Shown here: piece after piece, positions 25,624 through 35,592 of the stretch
Layout of the letters: each line of letters opens with the position of its first letter
Numbering within the stretch: the stretch's first letter is position 1
From: Thalassobaculaceae bacterium
GTDB lineage: Bacteria; Pseudomonadota; Alphaproteobacteria; Thalassobaculales; Thalassobaculaceae
Direction of reading: 5' to 3'
Length of the DNA: 64,000 nucleotides
NCBI GenBank assembly: GCA_965228875.1
Contig: OZ245843.1
Coordinates: 1,904,616 to 1,968,615, forward strand
The notes under the pieces: generated by a model
Database searches by the model: none
What the model was told of the DNA's origin: nothing
Seen by the model: only the letters and a program-made list of their open reading frames with translations
Program-made: the position numbers and the translations under genes

Positions 25624-28380
25624 CTACTGCGCCGCCACGTCGAACGTGTAGGTGAAATCGCCGTTCTCGCCGATGTCGATCGTCAGCCCGGTCAGGGTCT
25701 GATCGCCGCCGAGTTGCGTGAGGATTTCGGTCGAGATCTGCGGCAGCAGGGTCCGGTTGATGATGTGGTCGACGTTGCGGGCGCCGGTCTCGACTTCGGT
25801 GCACCGGGCGGCGATCTGCTCGACGACCGCATCGGTATAGGCGAACGCCATCTTCTGGCTCGCCGCCATGCGCTTGCCGACCCGGTCGAGCTTGAGGCGG
25901 GCGATCCCCTGCATCACCTCGCCCGCCAGGGGATAGAACGGGACAATCTGCATGCGGGCCAGCAGCGCCGGCTTGAAGTGTCGGCTCAGCTGCGGACGGA
26001 TCGCCTCCGTCAGTTCCTCGATGCTCGGCTTGGGGTCGCGCAGCCCCATCTCGGTGATGATGTCGGTCGCCAGGTTTGACGTCAGAAATACGATCGTGTT
26101 CTTGAAGTTGATTTCGCGTCCTTCCCCATCCGACAGGGTGCCCTTGTCGAACACCTGGTAGAACAGGTTCATGACCTCGAGATCGGCCTTCTCGACCTCG
26201 TCCAGCAGCACGACGGAGTACGGCCGTTGCCGCACGGCCTCGGTCAGCACGCCGCCCTCGCCGTAGCCGACATAGCCCGGCGGCGAACCTACGAGCCGAG
26301 AGACCGTGTGCTTCTCCTGGAACTCCGACATGTTGATCGAGACCATGAACCGCTCGCCGCCGAACAGTTCATCGGCGACCGCCGTCGCGGTCTCGGTCTT
26401 GCCGACGCCCGAGGAGCCGACGAACAGGAACACGCCCATCGGCTGGTCGGGATTGTTGAGCCCGGCCTTGGCCGCCCGAATGCCCTCATCCAGCGCATGG
26501 ATGGCGTGGTCCTGGCCCTTGATCCGCTGTTTCATCTTCTCGGAGAAGCTCAGGACCTGCGCCGCCTCGTCGCGGACCATCGATCCGAGCGGGATTCCTG
26601 TCCACTCGGAGATGGCCTGCGCGACGGCATCCGCGGTGACCTCGTAGTACACCAGCGGGCTTCCGGACTGCAGCGCCGTCAGTTCCGTCCGCGCTTGGCC
26701 CAGTTCCTCCCAGAGCGCCTCGGTATCGGCCGACGCCGCGGAGTCCACGTCCGGGTCGAGCACCGGCTCGTCCGCCGCGGCGGCGTCCTGGCTCTCGGAG
26801 GTGAGTTCCTTCGCGTCCTCCGGGTCTCCGCCGGCGTCATCGTTGGCGGCGTTGATCCGCTGGCGCAGGTCGATGATGCGGTCGACCAGGGCCTTCTCGT
26901 TCCGCCAGCGCTCGGTGATCGCGTCGAGTTCGCTCTCGAGCCCGGCGATCTTCTCCTCCAGTTCCGGCACTCGCTCGTCGCCGTCACGGTTGTCGGAGGC
27001 GACGTCGCGGTTGATCGCGTCCAGTTCGCGCCGAAGCGTGGCGATCCGCCGCTCGATATCGTCGACGGCGTTGGGCTTGGAGGAGATGCTGAGCTTCACC
27101 CGCGAGGAGGCCGTATCGAGAACGTCGACCGCCTTGTCCGGAAGCTGCCGCCCGGAAATGTAGCGCGCCGAGAGCCGGGCCGCCGCGTCCACCGCATCGT
27201 CGCGGATGTAGACACCGTGCGCCTTCTCGTAGATCCCCCGGATCCCGCGGATGATGGTGATCGCATCCTCCGGCGACGGCTCGTCCAGCTTGACCAGTTG
27301 GAAGCGCCGGGCGAGTGCCGGATCCTTCTCGAAGTACTTCTTGTATTCCGTCCAGGTGGTGGCGGCGATGGTGCGCAGTTCGCCGCGGGCCAGCGCCGGC
27401 TTGAGCAGGTTGGCCGCGTCGCCGCCGCCTGCGGCGCCGCCGGCCCCGATCAGGGTGTGGGCCTCGTCGATGAACATGATGATCGGCTTGGGCGACGCCT
27501 TCACCTCCTCGATCACGCCCTTCAGGCGGTTCTCGAACTCGCCCTTCACCCCGGCCCCGGCCTGCAACAGGCCGAGGTCGAGGCTGTAGAGCTCGACACC
27601 CTTGAGGAAGTCGGGCACGTCGCCTTCGGTGATCTTCAGCGCCAGCCCCTCGATGATCGCGGTCTTGCCGACGCCGGGCTCGCCGACGGCAATCGGATTG
27701 TTCTTCCGCCGCCGGCCGAGAATGTCGATCATCTGCCGCATTTCCTGATCGCGGGCAAAGACCGGGTCGATCTTTCCGGCGCGGGCTTCCATGGTGAAGT
27801 TGATGCAGAACCGCCCGAGCGCGCTGTCCTCCGACGCGCCGGCGTCGCCGCCTTCTCCGCCACCGCTCGTGGATGGGGCGGCCGAGACGCCAAGCCCGCC
27901 CGCCTCCTCGCGCGAACCGGATACGATGTCCTGCAACGAGCGCCGCAGTTCCTCGGCGTTCACCGCCTCCATCGCGTCGATATAGGTGCCATTGCCGAGC
28001 CGCGCGCGATCCGCCATCAGGCTGGCGATCAGCGCGCCGGAGCGGATCTGCCCCAGCCCGTGCTCGACCGAGGACAGCAGCCAGGCGTTGGAGAACCATT
28101 CGATCAGCAGCGGCGAAAACACCGGCCGGCCGGCATTTCCGGTCTTCAACCCCTCGACATCTCGGGTCAGCGACCGCTTCACCGCCCCCGGCTCGACCCC
28201 GTAATGGCGCAGGATCGTCTGGAAGTCGCGCTCGGTGTCGTCGATCATCGCCAGCAGGACGTGCTCGATCGTCACTTCGTAGTTGGACCGCGATACGCAG
28301 AGCCCCGCCGCGGTCTCCAGCGACTTCTTGCAGTAGGCATTGAACCGCTGCAGCAGCGGCTTCAGCTCGACATTGATCAT
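25624..28380 (-). CDS. tssH: T6SS ATPase ClpV
   Basis: Two AAA+ modules ([16 protein letters not shown]), RRRKNNPI, ClpV-type N-terminus. Confidence 0.96.
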   Translation of the reverse strand: MINVELKPLLQRFNAYCKKSLETAAGLCVSRSNYEVTIEHVLLAMIDDTERDFQTILRHYGVEPGAVKRSLTRDVEGLKTGNAGRPVFSPLLIEWFSNAWLLSSVEHGLGQIRSGALIASLMADRARLGNGTYIDAMEAVNAEELRRSLQDIVSGSREEAGGLGVSAAPSTSGGGEGGDAGASEDSALGRFCINFTMEARAGKIDPVFARDQEMRQMIDILGRRRKNNPIAVGEPGVGKTAIIEGLALKITEGDVPDFLKGVELYSLDLGLLQAGAGVKGEFENRLKGVIEEVKASPKPIIMFIDEAHTLIGAGGAAGGGDAANLLKPALARGELRTIAATTWTEYKKYFEKDPALARRFQLVKLDEPSPEDAITIIRGIRGIYEKAHGVYIRDDAVDAAARLSARYISGRQLPDKAVDVLDTASSRVKLSISSKPNAVDDIERRIATLRRELDAINRDVASDNRDGDERVPELEEKIAGLESELDAITERWRNEKALVDRIIDLRQRINAANDDAGGDPEDAKELTSESQDAAAADEPVLDPDVDSAASADTEALWEELGQARTELTALQSGSPLVYYEVTADAVAQAISEWTGIPLGSMVRDEAAQVLSFSEKMKQRIKGQDHAIHALDEGIRAAKAGLNNPDQPMGVFLFVGSSGVGKTETATAVADELFGGERFMVSINMSEFQEKHTVSRLVGSPPGYVGYGEGGVLTEAVRQRPYSVVLLDEVEKADLEVMNLFYQVFDKGTLSDGEGREINFKNTIVFLTSNLATDIITEMGLRDPKPSIEELTEAIRPQLSRHFKPALLARMQIVPFYPLAGEVMQGIARLKLDRVGKRMAASQKMAFAYTDAVVEQIAARCTEVETGARNVDHIINRTLLPQISTEILTQLGGDQTLTGLTIDIGENGDFTYTFDVAAQ

Positions 28381-28444
28381 TCCTCGGCCCTCCTCCTCGC
28401 ACGCGCCGGCCGGTCCCGGCCCGCGACAGGATCATCGACTCCAC

Positions 28445-29479
28445 CTACCGCGCGCCTACGAAGGCGACGGTATTGTCCGGCCGATCCGGCCGTCCGAGCC
28501 ATGCTGTATGTCCAAGCGCCTTGTCATCTCCGAGTGTCCAGGCGGGCGCCGCGCTCGGACGGATCGTCAGCATCACATCGTAGATCAGGTGGTCGCGCAG
28601 GACCCGCCGGATCAGGTGGTCGAGCGCCCGGCGCCACGGAGCCCCGGGCAGGAGCGCGACGAACCCGTCGAGATCCAGCGGGCCGAACCAGACACGGAAC
28701 TTGCCGCAGATATCCGGCACGTGGGCGCCCAGTACCGCATCCCGGGACAGCGCCGAGTTGTTCGCCCCCAGCTGCCAGCGCTGCTCCTCGACGATCGTCG
28801 CCCGGCGCGGCACCCACTCCTCCACCGTCGCCCGCACTCCCGGCAGTGCGTCCTCGAGAATACGCTCCAGCACGCTGGCGGAGTGGCAGAACAGCCCGAC
28901 AGAGGCCGCGTTGGCGAGAACGCTGCGCTTGGACAACACCGCCCTGTCATCCATGCCGGCGCCGTCGACCAGGTCGAGCGCACCGGCAACGCTGCCGACG
29001 AGGCGGGTGATCTCGTCCCGTCCATCCTCACGGAAAACCTGGGCATGGCGGTATCGACGCCAGATCCGGTAGATCAGACCGATCATCCGGTTGTTGAACA
29101 CGTCGAGGAACCCGCGCAGGGCGTCGCTGTCGACCGCGTTGGACACGATCGCCTCGTTCACCGTCGGAGGCAGTGGCGAACTGGGTCCGTAGAGGCCGAG
29201 AAATGTGGTCTCGATCTCGACGCGGACAGTCTCCTCTCCGTCCGGTCCGACCGTCGTCCGGCGCCGGACGGCGGAGATGTCGCTCGGCGCGAAAGCCATG
29301 CTGGCATCGGCGGTGAAGCGGACGACCTCGCGCGACGCCGGACCGTTCTCGCCGACCGAAACCGGCGCGCGTAACGCGCGCTCGACCAGCGACACGGCCT
29401 GGAAAAACGCGTACCGATGGCCGGTCCGCTCCAGCGCGTCGGTCAGAGGCCCGGTCGTGTCCCGGTTCGTATCGGCCAC
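28445..29479 (-). CDS. tssG: T6SS baseplate subunit TssG
   Basis: YAFFQAV.LVE, FLGLYGPSSPLP, FLDVFNNR; overlaps the end of tssF as is typical. Confidence 0.93.
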   Translation of the reverse strand: MADTNRDTTGPLTDALERTGHRYAFFQAVSLVERALRAPVSVGENGPASREVVRFTADASMAFAPSDISAVRRRTTVGPDGEETVRVEIETTFLGLYGPSSPLPPTVNEAIVSNAVDSDALRGFLDVFNNRMIGLIYRIWRRYRHAQVFREDGRDEITRLVGSVAGALDLVDGAGMDDRAVLSKRSVLANAASVGLFCHSASVLERILEDALPGVRATVEEWVPRRATIVEEQRWQLGANNSALSRDAVLGAHVPDICGKFRVWFGPLDLDGFVALLPGAPWRRALDHLIRRVLRDHLIYDVMLTIRPSAAPAWTLGDDKALGHTAWLGRPDRPDNTVAFVGAR

Positions 29480-31191
29480 TGGTACACCACGTTGCGTTCA
29501 CTGCCGCGCACCCGAAACCGGTGGACGGCGTTGACGTTGGCAAAGAGATCGAGGAACCGGTTCAGCACCGTGCCGAACAGGAACACCTCGCCTTCGCCGC
29601 CGAATTTGCTTTCCTCGAGCGTCACCTGGATGTCGGTGCCGCGCACCGGGTACCCCCGGAGGATCCAGTCCATCGACTTGGCCGTTACCGCCTCGATCCC
29701 ATCCACCATCAGGTCGAGGCGACGGCGTTCCTGGGCGTCGAAATGGGCACGGAAATGATAGGTCGAGATCAGCACGCGGATCGCATCCACGGTGAGCAGC
29801 GACCCGAAATTCAATGCCATGTTGGAGATCAGCGGCCACAGAAGGCCGACGCCGATCGGCGGCGGAATCTGAGGCGAGATCGCCTGGATGTTGCGGAATC
29901 GAACATAACTCGGCGTGCTGCTGGTCGGCTGGTCCAGGTGGCCGGCGACGATGTGCTCGGCCAGTCGACCGTTCGTCGCGGTGACGGCAAGGGAGACGGT
30001 CTCGGCCTCGGGGACCACTTCGCCGCCATCGTCGCGGACGAACGACACGTAGGTGTCGACGCTGTGGCCGGCGACCGCCGGACGGCGGCGCACCGAATAG
30101 TAGACCGCCTTCTCGTTGCCGAGCAGCGACCGGAACGCCTCGAACGGATGATAGGCGATCCGGGCACCCCGGCCCTGGACCCAGCCGGAGGCCTGGCGAA
30201 CCGAATGGACGTCGAGCGGCCCTCCGGTGGCGTCACGCGCGGTGAGCCGATACTCGGTCTTGCGCTGGTCGACCGTGATCGGGTCCGCGTCCGCCTCGAA
30301 CAGGTTCACCGCCGGGACGCAGTTGAGCCGGATGCTGTCGTTGTTCAGGCCGGACGCAAGGCCGAACGGCTGATCCAGTTCGAACACGATGGTGAGCGCC
30401 GTGCCAGTGAACGCTGCGGTCGGTCCGAGACCGTCGAGCTCGACGAACATGAACTTGTCGGGAAAGGCGAAGTATTCCTGCAGCAACGGAAACCCCGGTG
30501 CCACGCCGGAGGGAACCGGCACGATCGACTGATCCGGCTCCAGGCCGACCGGGCGCAGCCGGCCGCCCGGCAGCGTGAACGAGTGGCCCGCCCCGTCCTT
30601 GACGACGACCCTCCGACAGTGTCGCAGCAGCGACAGATACGCCAGCCGCGCGGCCGACGAGCCCCGCTCCCCGAGGAGGTAGAACTGCAGGCGCTCGAGC
30701 CGGAGGTCCGACGGCATGACGTCCGCGTACAGGCGGATGCCGAGCTCGATGTAGCCCGACCGCGACGTGTTCTCGACCCGTACCGCTTCGACCCTGGCCG
30801 CCACCAGCGACAGATCGAAGCCAGTGCGGAACCGGCAACTGGTCCCGTCGACCGGGCGCGACGCGATCTCCACGCCGGCCGGAACGGACCGCTCCTCGGC
30901 GCCGGCCTCCGCCAGCGGTTCGAACTGGACCACGGTCATCGCCGGAATGGGGCGCAGGAAATGCGGCCACATGAGCTGGAGCAGCGAGTGGGTCAGTTCC
31001 GGCAACTCGTCGTCGAGCTTCTGCCGCAGACGCCCGGAGAGGAACGCAAATCCCTCCAGGAGCCGCTCCACGTCCGGGTCGGAACTTTCCCGCGACAGGA
31101 ACGGTGCCAGGTTGGGATTCTCGGCGGCGAACTCCGCACCGAGCTCGCGCAGGTAGGCGAGTTCGTCCTGGTAGTACTTGTTGAAGCTCAT
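29443..31191 (-). CDS. tssF: T6SS baseplate subunit TssF
   Basis: YYQDELAYLRELG.EFA, DPDVERLLEGFAFL, LLQEYFAFPDKF. Confidence 0.96.
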   Translation of the reverse strand: MSFNKYYQDELAYLRELGAEFAAENPNLAPFLSRESSDPDVERLLEGFAFLSGRLRQKLDDELPELTHSLLQLMWPHFLRPIPAMTVVQFEPLAEAGAEERSVPAGVEIASRPVDGTSCRFRTGFDLSLVAARVEAVRVENTSRSGYIELGIRLYADVMPSDLRLERLQFYLLGERGSSAARLAYLSLLRHCRRVVVKDGAGHSFTLPGGRLRPVGLEPDQSIVPVPSGVAPGFPLLQEYFAFPDKFMFVELDGLGPTAAFTGTALTIVFELDQPFGLASGLNNDSIRLNCVPAVNLFEADADPITVDQRKTEYRLTARDATGGPLDVHSVRQASGWVQGRGARIAYHPFEAFRSLLGNEKAVYYSVRRRPAVAGHSVDTYVSFVRDDGGEVVPEAETVSLAVTATNGRLAEHIVAGHLDQPTSSTPSYVRFRNIQAISPQIPPPIGVGLLWPLISNMALNFGSLLTVDAIRVLISTYHFRAHFDAQERRRLDLMVDGIEAVTAKSMDWILRGYPVRGTDIQVTLEESKFGGEGEVFLFGTVLNRFLDLFANVNAVHRFRVRGSERNVVYQWPIRTGTRPGL

Positions 31192-31595
31192 CGCACGCTC
31201 ACCGAGCCGTCGGCACCGAGCACCGTCTCGAACGCGACCCGCTCCTGACCGTCCGGCATCGTCAGTTCGGCGGAGATATTGAAGAACAGGCTGAGCGGGC
31301 GATCCGGGTCGGGCACATGACGGACGCTGACCTTCTTCAGGCGCGGCTCGAACGACTCGATCTGGTTCTTTATGGCCCTGGAGATCGCAGGCACGGCGGC
31401 CGGGAACTGGATCACCAGATCATTGAAATCGGGCAGACCGTAATCCGGGCGCGTGGGAACCGCGCCCGCACGGACGTTGAAGATCTCCCGCAGGTGCGCG
31501 AGCACGGACTCCATTTGCCTCGCGGTATCGAACCCCGTGGTGCTCCGGATCGGACCCGGGTCGAGGAGCCTTTGAAACAGCGTCTGCTCAAGCAT
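31188..31595 (-). CDS. tssE: T6SS baseplate subunit TssE (gp25-like)
   Basis: PDYGLPDF, I..FEPRL. Confidence 0.93.
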   Translation of the reverse strand: MLEQTLFQRLLDPGPIRSTTGFDTARQMESVLAHLREIFNVRAGAVPTRPDYGLPDFNDLVIQFPAAVPAISRAIKNQIESFEPRLKKVSVRHVPDPDRPLSLFFNISAELTMPDGQERVAFETVLGADGSVSVR

Positions 31596-31648
31596 GGCTC
31601 CCCGTCAGGTCGATCGCCCGGCCGCGTCCCGCCCGCCGCCGTTCGGCG

Positions 31649-33136
31649 TCAGGACTTGTCCAGCTTGCCGCGCAGCGACAGCGTGAAATCCGCTCCCATG
31701 TACTTGAAGTGCGGCTGCACAGCCATGTTGACGCGATACCAGCCGGGCTCGCCTTCGACGTCCTCGACGTTGATCTCGGCCTTGCGAAGCGGACGGCGAC
31801 TGCGCACGTCGGCCGACGGGTTCTCCTGGTCGGACACGTACTGCCGGATCCAGTTGTTGAGCTCCGTCTGCAGCTCTCCCCGGTTCTTCCAGCTGCCGAT
31901 GTTCTCGCGCTGCAGCACCTTCACGTAGTGCGCCAGGCGGTTGATGATAAACATGTACGGAAGCTGCGTGCCGAGCCTGTAGTTGGTTTCGGCATCCTTG
32001 CCTTCCGGCGTGTTGCCGAAATACTTCGGCTTCTGCACCGAATTGGCCGAGAAGAACGCGGCGTTGTCGCTGCCCTTGCGCAGGGTGAGCGCGATGAAGC
32101 CCTGTTCCGCCATCTCGTACTCGCGGCGGTCGGAGATCATGACATCGGTCGGCGACTTGGTCTCGATCTGCCCCATCGACTCGAACTGGTGCATGGTCAT
32201 GTCCTCGACCGCACCGCCTCCCTGCGGGCCGATGATATTCGGAGCCCACCGGTACTTGGCGAAGCTTTCGGACAACCGTGTCGCCAGTGCGAACGCCGTA
32301 TTGCCCCAGAGGTAGTTGTCGGTCTTCCCGTCGGCCTCTTCATTGTAATTGAAGGCCTTAACCGGGTTTGATTCCTGATTGTACGGCGACCGCAGCATGA
32401 AGCGTGGCGCCGTCAGGCCGAAATAGCGGGCATCCTCGGAATCCCGGAACGAGTTCCACTTCGCGTATTGCGGGCCTTCGAAGATCGATTGCAGATCCTT
32501 GAGCCCCGCCAGTTGCTCCCATTTCTCGATGCCGAACATCTTGGGCGCGGCAGCGGCGAGGAACGGCGCATGGGCCATGGAGCCGACCGCCGACACATCG
32601 CGCATCAGCTGGATGTCCTTCGCCCCGGCATCGAAATCGTAATTCCCGATCATCACGCCGACGGGCTCACCGCCGAACTGGCCGTACTCCTCGACGTAGA
32701 TGTGCTTGTAGAGGCCGGACTTGACGATCTCAGGAGCGTCCTCGAAATCCTCCATCAGATCCTGCTTGGAGACGTTGAGGATCTCGACCTTGATGTTCTG
32801 ACGGAAATCCGTCTTGTCGACCATGTACTTCAGGCTGCGCCAGGAGGACTCCATCTTCTGGACGTCCTCGTGATGCATGATCTCGTCGAGTTGGGCACTA
32901 AGCCGCTTGTCGATCTCGCCGACCATCTGGTCGACGATCGACGCCTGGATCTTCTCCCCGGCGCGCTGCGACTTCACGAGCTCGGCGATGAATGCCTGCA
33001 CGCCCTGGCGGGCGACATCGTATCCGTCGTCCGCCGGCGCCATCTTGGTTTCGTTCATGATCTGATCGAGGAGCGAGAGTTCCTCGGTCTGAGCTTCAGC
33101 GCCCTGAGCGCCGGATTCCGTCTGCGTATCGGCCAC
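31649..33136 (-). CDS. tssC: T6SS sheath large subunit TssC
   Basis: EEYGQFGGEP, YLWGN, GPQGGG, RLAHYVKVLQRENIGSW. Confidence 0.97.
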   Translation of the reverse strand: MADTQTESGAQGAEAQTEELSLLDQIMNETKMAPADDGYDVARQGVQAFIAELVKSQRAGEKIQASIVDQMVGEIDKRLSAQLDEIMHHEDVQKMESSWRSLKYMVDKTDFRQNIKVEILNVSKQDLMEDFEDAPEIVKSGLYKHIYVEEYGQFGGEPVGVMIGNYDFDAGAKDIQLMRDVSAVGSMAHAPFLAAAAPKMFGIEKWEQLAGLKDLQSIFEGPQYAKWNSFRDSEDARYFGLTAPRFMLRSPYNQESNPVKAFNYNEEADGKTDNYLWGNTAFALATRLSESFAKYRWAPNIIGPQGGGAVEDMTMHQFESMGQIETKSPTDVMISDRREYEMAEQGFIALTLRKGSDNAAFFSANSVQKPKYFGNTPEGKDAETNYRLGTQLPYMFIINRLAHYVKVLQRENIGSWKNRGELQTELNNWIRQYVSDQENPSADVRSRRPLRKAEINVEDVEGEPGWYRVNMAVQPHFKYMGADFTLSLRGKLDKS

Positions 33137-33160
33137 GGCCAGTCCTCCTCAGCGTGCGCT

Positions 33161-33658
33161 CTACTCGCTTGCGTCCTTGTCCAGGCCGAGCTCGGCCAAC
33201 AGCTTGGACTTCGCCCCCTCGTCATCCAGGATCCCCTGGATCGCCTTGCGGAAAGCCGGAACGTTCCCCAGGGGTCCCTTGAGGGCCATGAGCGCCTGCC
33301 GCAGTTCGAGCAGCTTGCGCAGTTCCGGCACCTGATTGACGACTTGCTCCGGCTCGAAGTCCTTCAGCGTGTCGAACTTGAGGCTTACCGGCATCACGGC
33401 GTCCTCGTCGTCGGACATCGTGTCCTTGACGTTGAGATCCAGCGACAGTTTCTGCGCCTTCATCACGTCGTTGAAGCTGTCCTTGTCGACCCTGATCCGC
33501 TCACGCTCCTCAAGCGGCGTGTCGTCGGGACGCATGGTGAAGTCGCCGAGAACGACCTGCTTGAACGGCAGTTCGATCTCCTCCTTCGCGTCTCCCGTCG
33601 CAGGGCGGTACCGGATATTGACCCGCTCCTTCGGCGCGACCGAACCTTCACTTGCCAT
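33161..33658 (-). CDS. tssB: T6SS sheath small subunit TssB
   Basis: SVAPKERVNI, ELPFK..VLGDF, DFEPEQVV.QVPEL. Confidence 0.97.
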   Translation of the reverse strand: MASEGSVAPKERVNIRYRPATGDAKEEIELPFKQVVLGDFTMRPDDTPLEERERIRVDKDSFNDVMKAQKLSLDLNVKDTMSDDEDAVMPVSLKFDTLKDFEPEQVVNQVPELRKLLELRQALMALKGPLGNVPAFRKAIQGILDDEGAKSKLLAELGLDKDASE

Positions 33659-33708
33659 GTCTCAAGCCTCCCAGCAATTCAGGGGTGAGTGTACCAGAAA
33701 TCGGTCTA

Positions 33709-35433
33709 TCAACCCCTCATGATCCCCAACGCCGCCACCATATTCAAGCGGTACAACCTTGCCGCCAATTCCGCCGTTAACCGATTCACCTGATCCTCGA
33801 CAAGAATATCCTCCGCCCCGCCGCGTTTCAGGCTCTGGAGCCGCAGCGTCGTCAGCCGTTCCGCCAGCGCCGGCTCCCAGGTATCGAGATCGACCGCCCG
33901 GTGCCGCTCCTCCAGCGCCGTCAGCATCTGATAGGCTGGACCGGCCAAGCCCATCGACAGGCACAGGTCCGCCTTCGCCAGATCCCAGAGCAGGCCGGCG
34001 CGGCCGCCGCCGGCGCCGCGCGCGCCTCTAGTGAGCAGTTCCGCCGCCTCGTCCTGCTTGCCGTTGGCGGCCAGCCCGCGCGCCTCGGACAGGGCCGAGC
34101 CCACCCCGCCATCGTCCGCCGCGTCGCCGACATCGCCGCCGCCACCGCTCTTGAGCACGGTCTCCTTCAGCCACAGCCGCGTCTGATCGTCCGCGAACGG
34201 CCTACCGCCCTGGAATTTGAACTCGAGAAGCCGCGGGAACCGTCCGAGGAAGGCCGCCACCTCGGCGACGACCGTCGACCGCGCTGCCTCCTGTCCCATC
34301 GCGCCCAGGGCGTTGGCGACATGGCGGTGCGGATCCAGCCAGAACATCCGGTCCTCGGTCGCCGCCTCGCAGGCCGCGACCGCCTCCGCGTGATTGTCGG
34401 CCGCCACCAGGGCATCGATCGCCGACGCGACGCCACCGTTGGGCGCCGGCAATTCCGTCACGCCGGCCTTGTCGGGCGGCAATGCGACAACCTGCAGCCA
34501 GATGGCCGACCGGTGCACGCCGTAGGCGCGGGGATCGGCCGGATCCGCGGCCCGCAGGCTGCGCGCGAAACCCAGCATCGTCGATCGGAACGCGCTGATC
34601 GCCCGGTCGAGTTCGGGGCCGGGAGAGGACGGCAACTGCGGCGGCGCACCGACGGCAGCCGGCGCCACCGAAGGGGAAGACGGCTGCGGGGCGGCGGGCC
34701 CGGCCGCCTGCGCCGGCGGTTCTGCCACCGCTGCAGGAGCCGCGGCAGGCGGAACAACCTCCTGAACCACAGCCTCGGCGGTCGGTGGAGCGTCGGCTTC
34801 CGTCTCCGTCGGCTCTTCCGGAGCCGGATCGGTCGCGGCAGCCGCTTCCTCCGCCTGACGGCGCTGATCGACGATATATTGGGCATCCTGCCGCTTGGCC
34901 CGCAACGGACGAAGCAGGTCGCCGAGATTGGCCTGGGTTTTCTCTGCCTTCTCGTCCAGAAGACGGTCGACATCCTCGGCCATCGTCAGGACCAGCAGCA
35001 CATCCTCGGCGTTGCCGGCATCGACCTCCAGGTCGTCCAACTGCGGGCCGAAACGCTCCGCAAGCCAGTCTACGGCCCCCACCCGCGCGCGTTCGCGCCG
35101 GGGTGGCGGGAAGCCGGAGTCCCAGAAAGTCTCAACCATCCTCGCGATCACGCCCAGACCGACGGCAAGACCGCGGAGCCCCTCTTCCCGGCCCAAGGCA
35201 TACGCGAAATAGGCCGCCACCAGATAGTCTTTCGTGCGGTCCCGCAGCAGGCCCTGGCTGAGATCGGTGACCTTGCGCCAGTCGACGGCGGTCGGCCCGT
35301 CGACGTCCATTTTCGAGACTTCCGCCGACAGGGTTTCGTACGCGGCATCTTCCCGCGCGTTCTCACCGGCCGGCTCGTCTCCGGGGACCGGATCGCTGCC
35401 GAGGCTCAGCCTGGGATCGTCGAGGTCGGCCAT
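33709..35433 (-). CDS. tssA: T6SS TssA (ImpA_N plus VasJ-like, long form)
   Basis: PVPGDEPAG, DW..V, TKDYLVAAY, FWLDPHR, FADDQTRLW; ATG at 35433. Confidence 0.9.
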   Translation of the reverse strand: MADLDDPRLSLGSDPVPGDEPAGENAREDAAYETLSAEVSKMDVDGPTAVDWRKVTDLSQGLLRDRTKDYLVAAYFAYALGREEGLRGLAVGLGVIARMVETFWDSGFPPPRRERARVGAVDWLAERFGPQLDDLEVDAGNAEDVLLVLTMAEDVDRLLDEKAEKTQANLGDLLRPLRAKRQDAQYIVDQRRQAEEAAAATDPAPEEPTETEADAPPTAEAVVQEVVPPAAAPAAVAEPPAQAAGPAAPQPSSPSVAPAAVGAPPQLPSSPGPELDRAISAFRSTMLGFARSLRAADPADPRAYGVHRSAIWLQVVALPPDKAGVTELPAPNGGVASAIDALVAADNHAEAVAACEAATEDRMFWLDPHRHVANALGAMGQEAARSTVVAEVAAFLGRFPRLLEFKFQGGRPFADDQTRLWLKETVLKSGGGGDVGDAADDGGVGSALSEARGLAANGKQDEAAELLTRGARGAGGGRAGLLWDLAKADLCLSMGLAGPAYQMLTALEERHRAVDLDTWEPALAERLTTLRLQSLKRGGAEDILVEDQVNRLTAELAARLYRLNMVAALGIMRG

Positions 35434-35513
35434 CTGTCTAATCGGTTTCCGTGTAGAGCGGCGCTCGCAGGCCCGCCTGAAAGGCGAACCGTCGGGAGCA
35501 TCGCCGACCTGTC

Positions 35514-35541
35514 GGTTTGAGGCAATGCCATTGTCCAAACC
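35514..35541. promoter_or_regulatory. Imperfect palindrome in the divergent T6SS promoter region
   Basis: GGTTTG-A-GGCAATG-C-CATTGTC-CAAACC. Confidence 0.4.
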
Positions 35542-35592
35542 CCGCGCATTCGGTGTAGGCTGCGACGCGTATCGACGGCGGGTGGAAACGCG

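Noticed and set aside
26227..29010. 927-aa plus-strand ORF
   Set aside because: Antisense to tssH/tssG; no domain evidence
35470..35500. c-di-GMP riboswitch suggested by the CGCCT-GAAA-GGCG hairpin
   Set aside because: The other conserved elements of class I/II aptamers were not found
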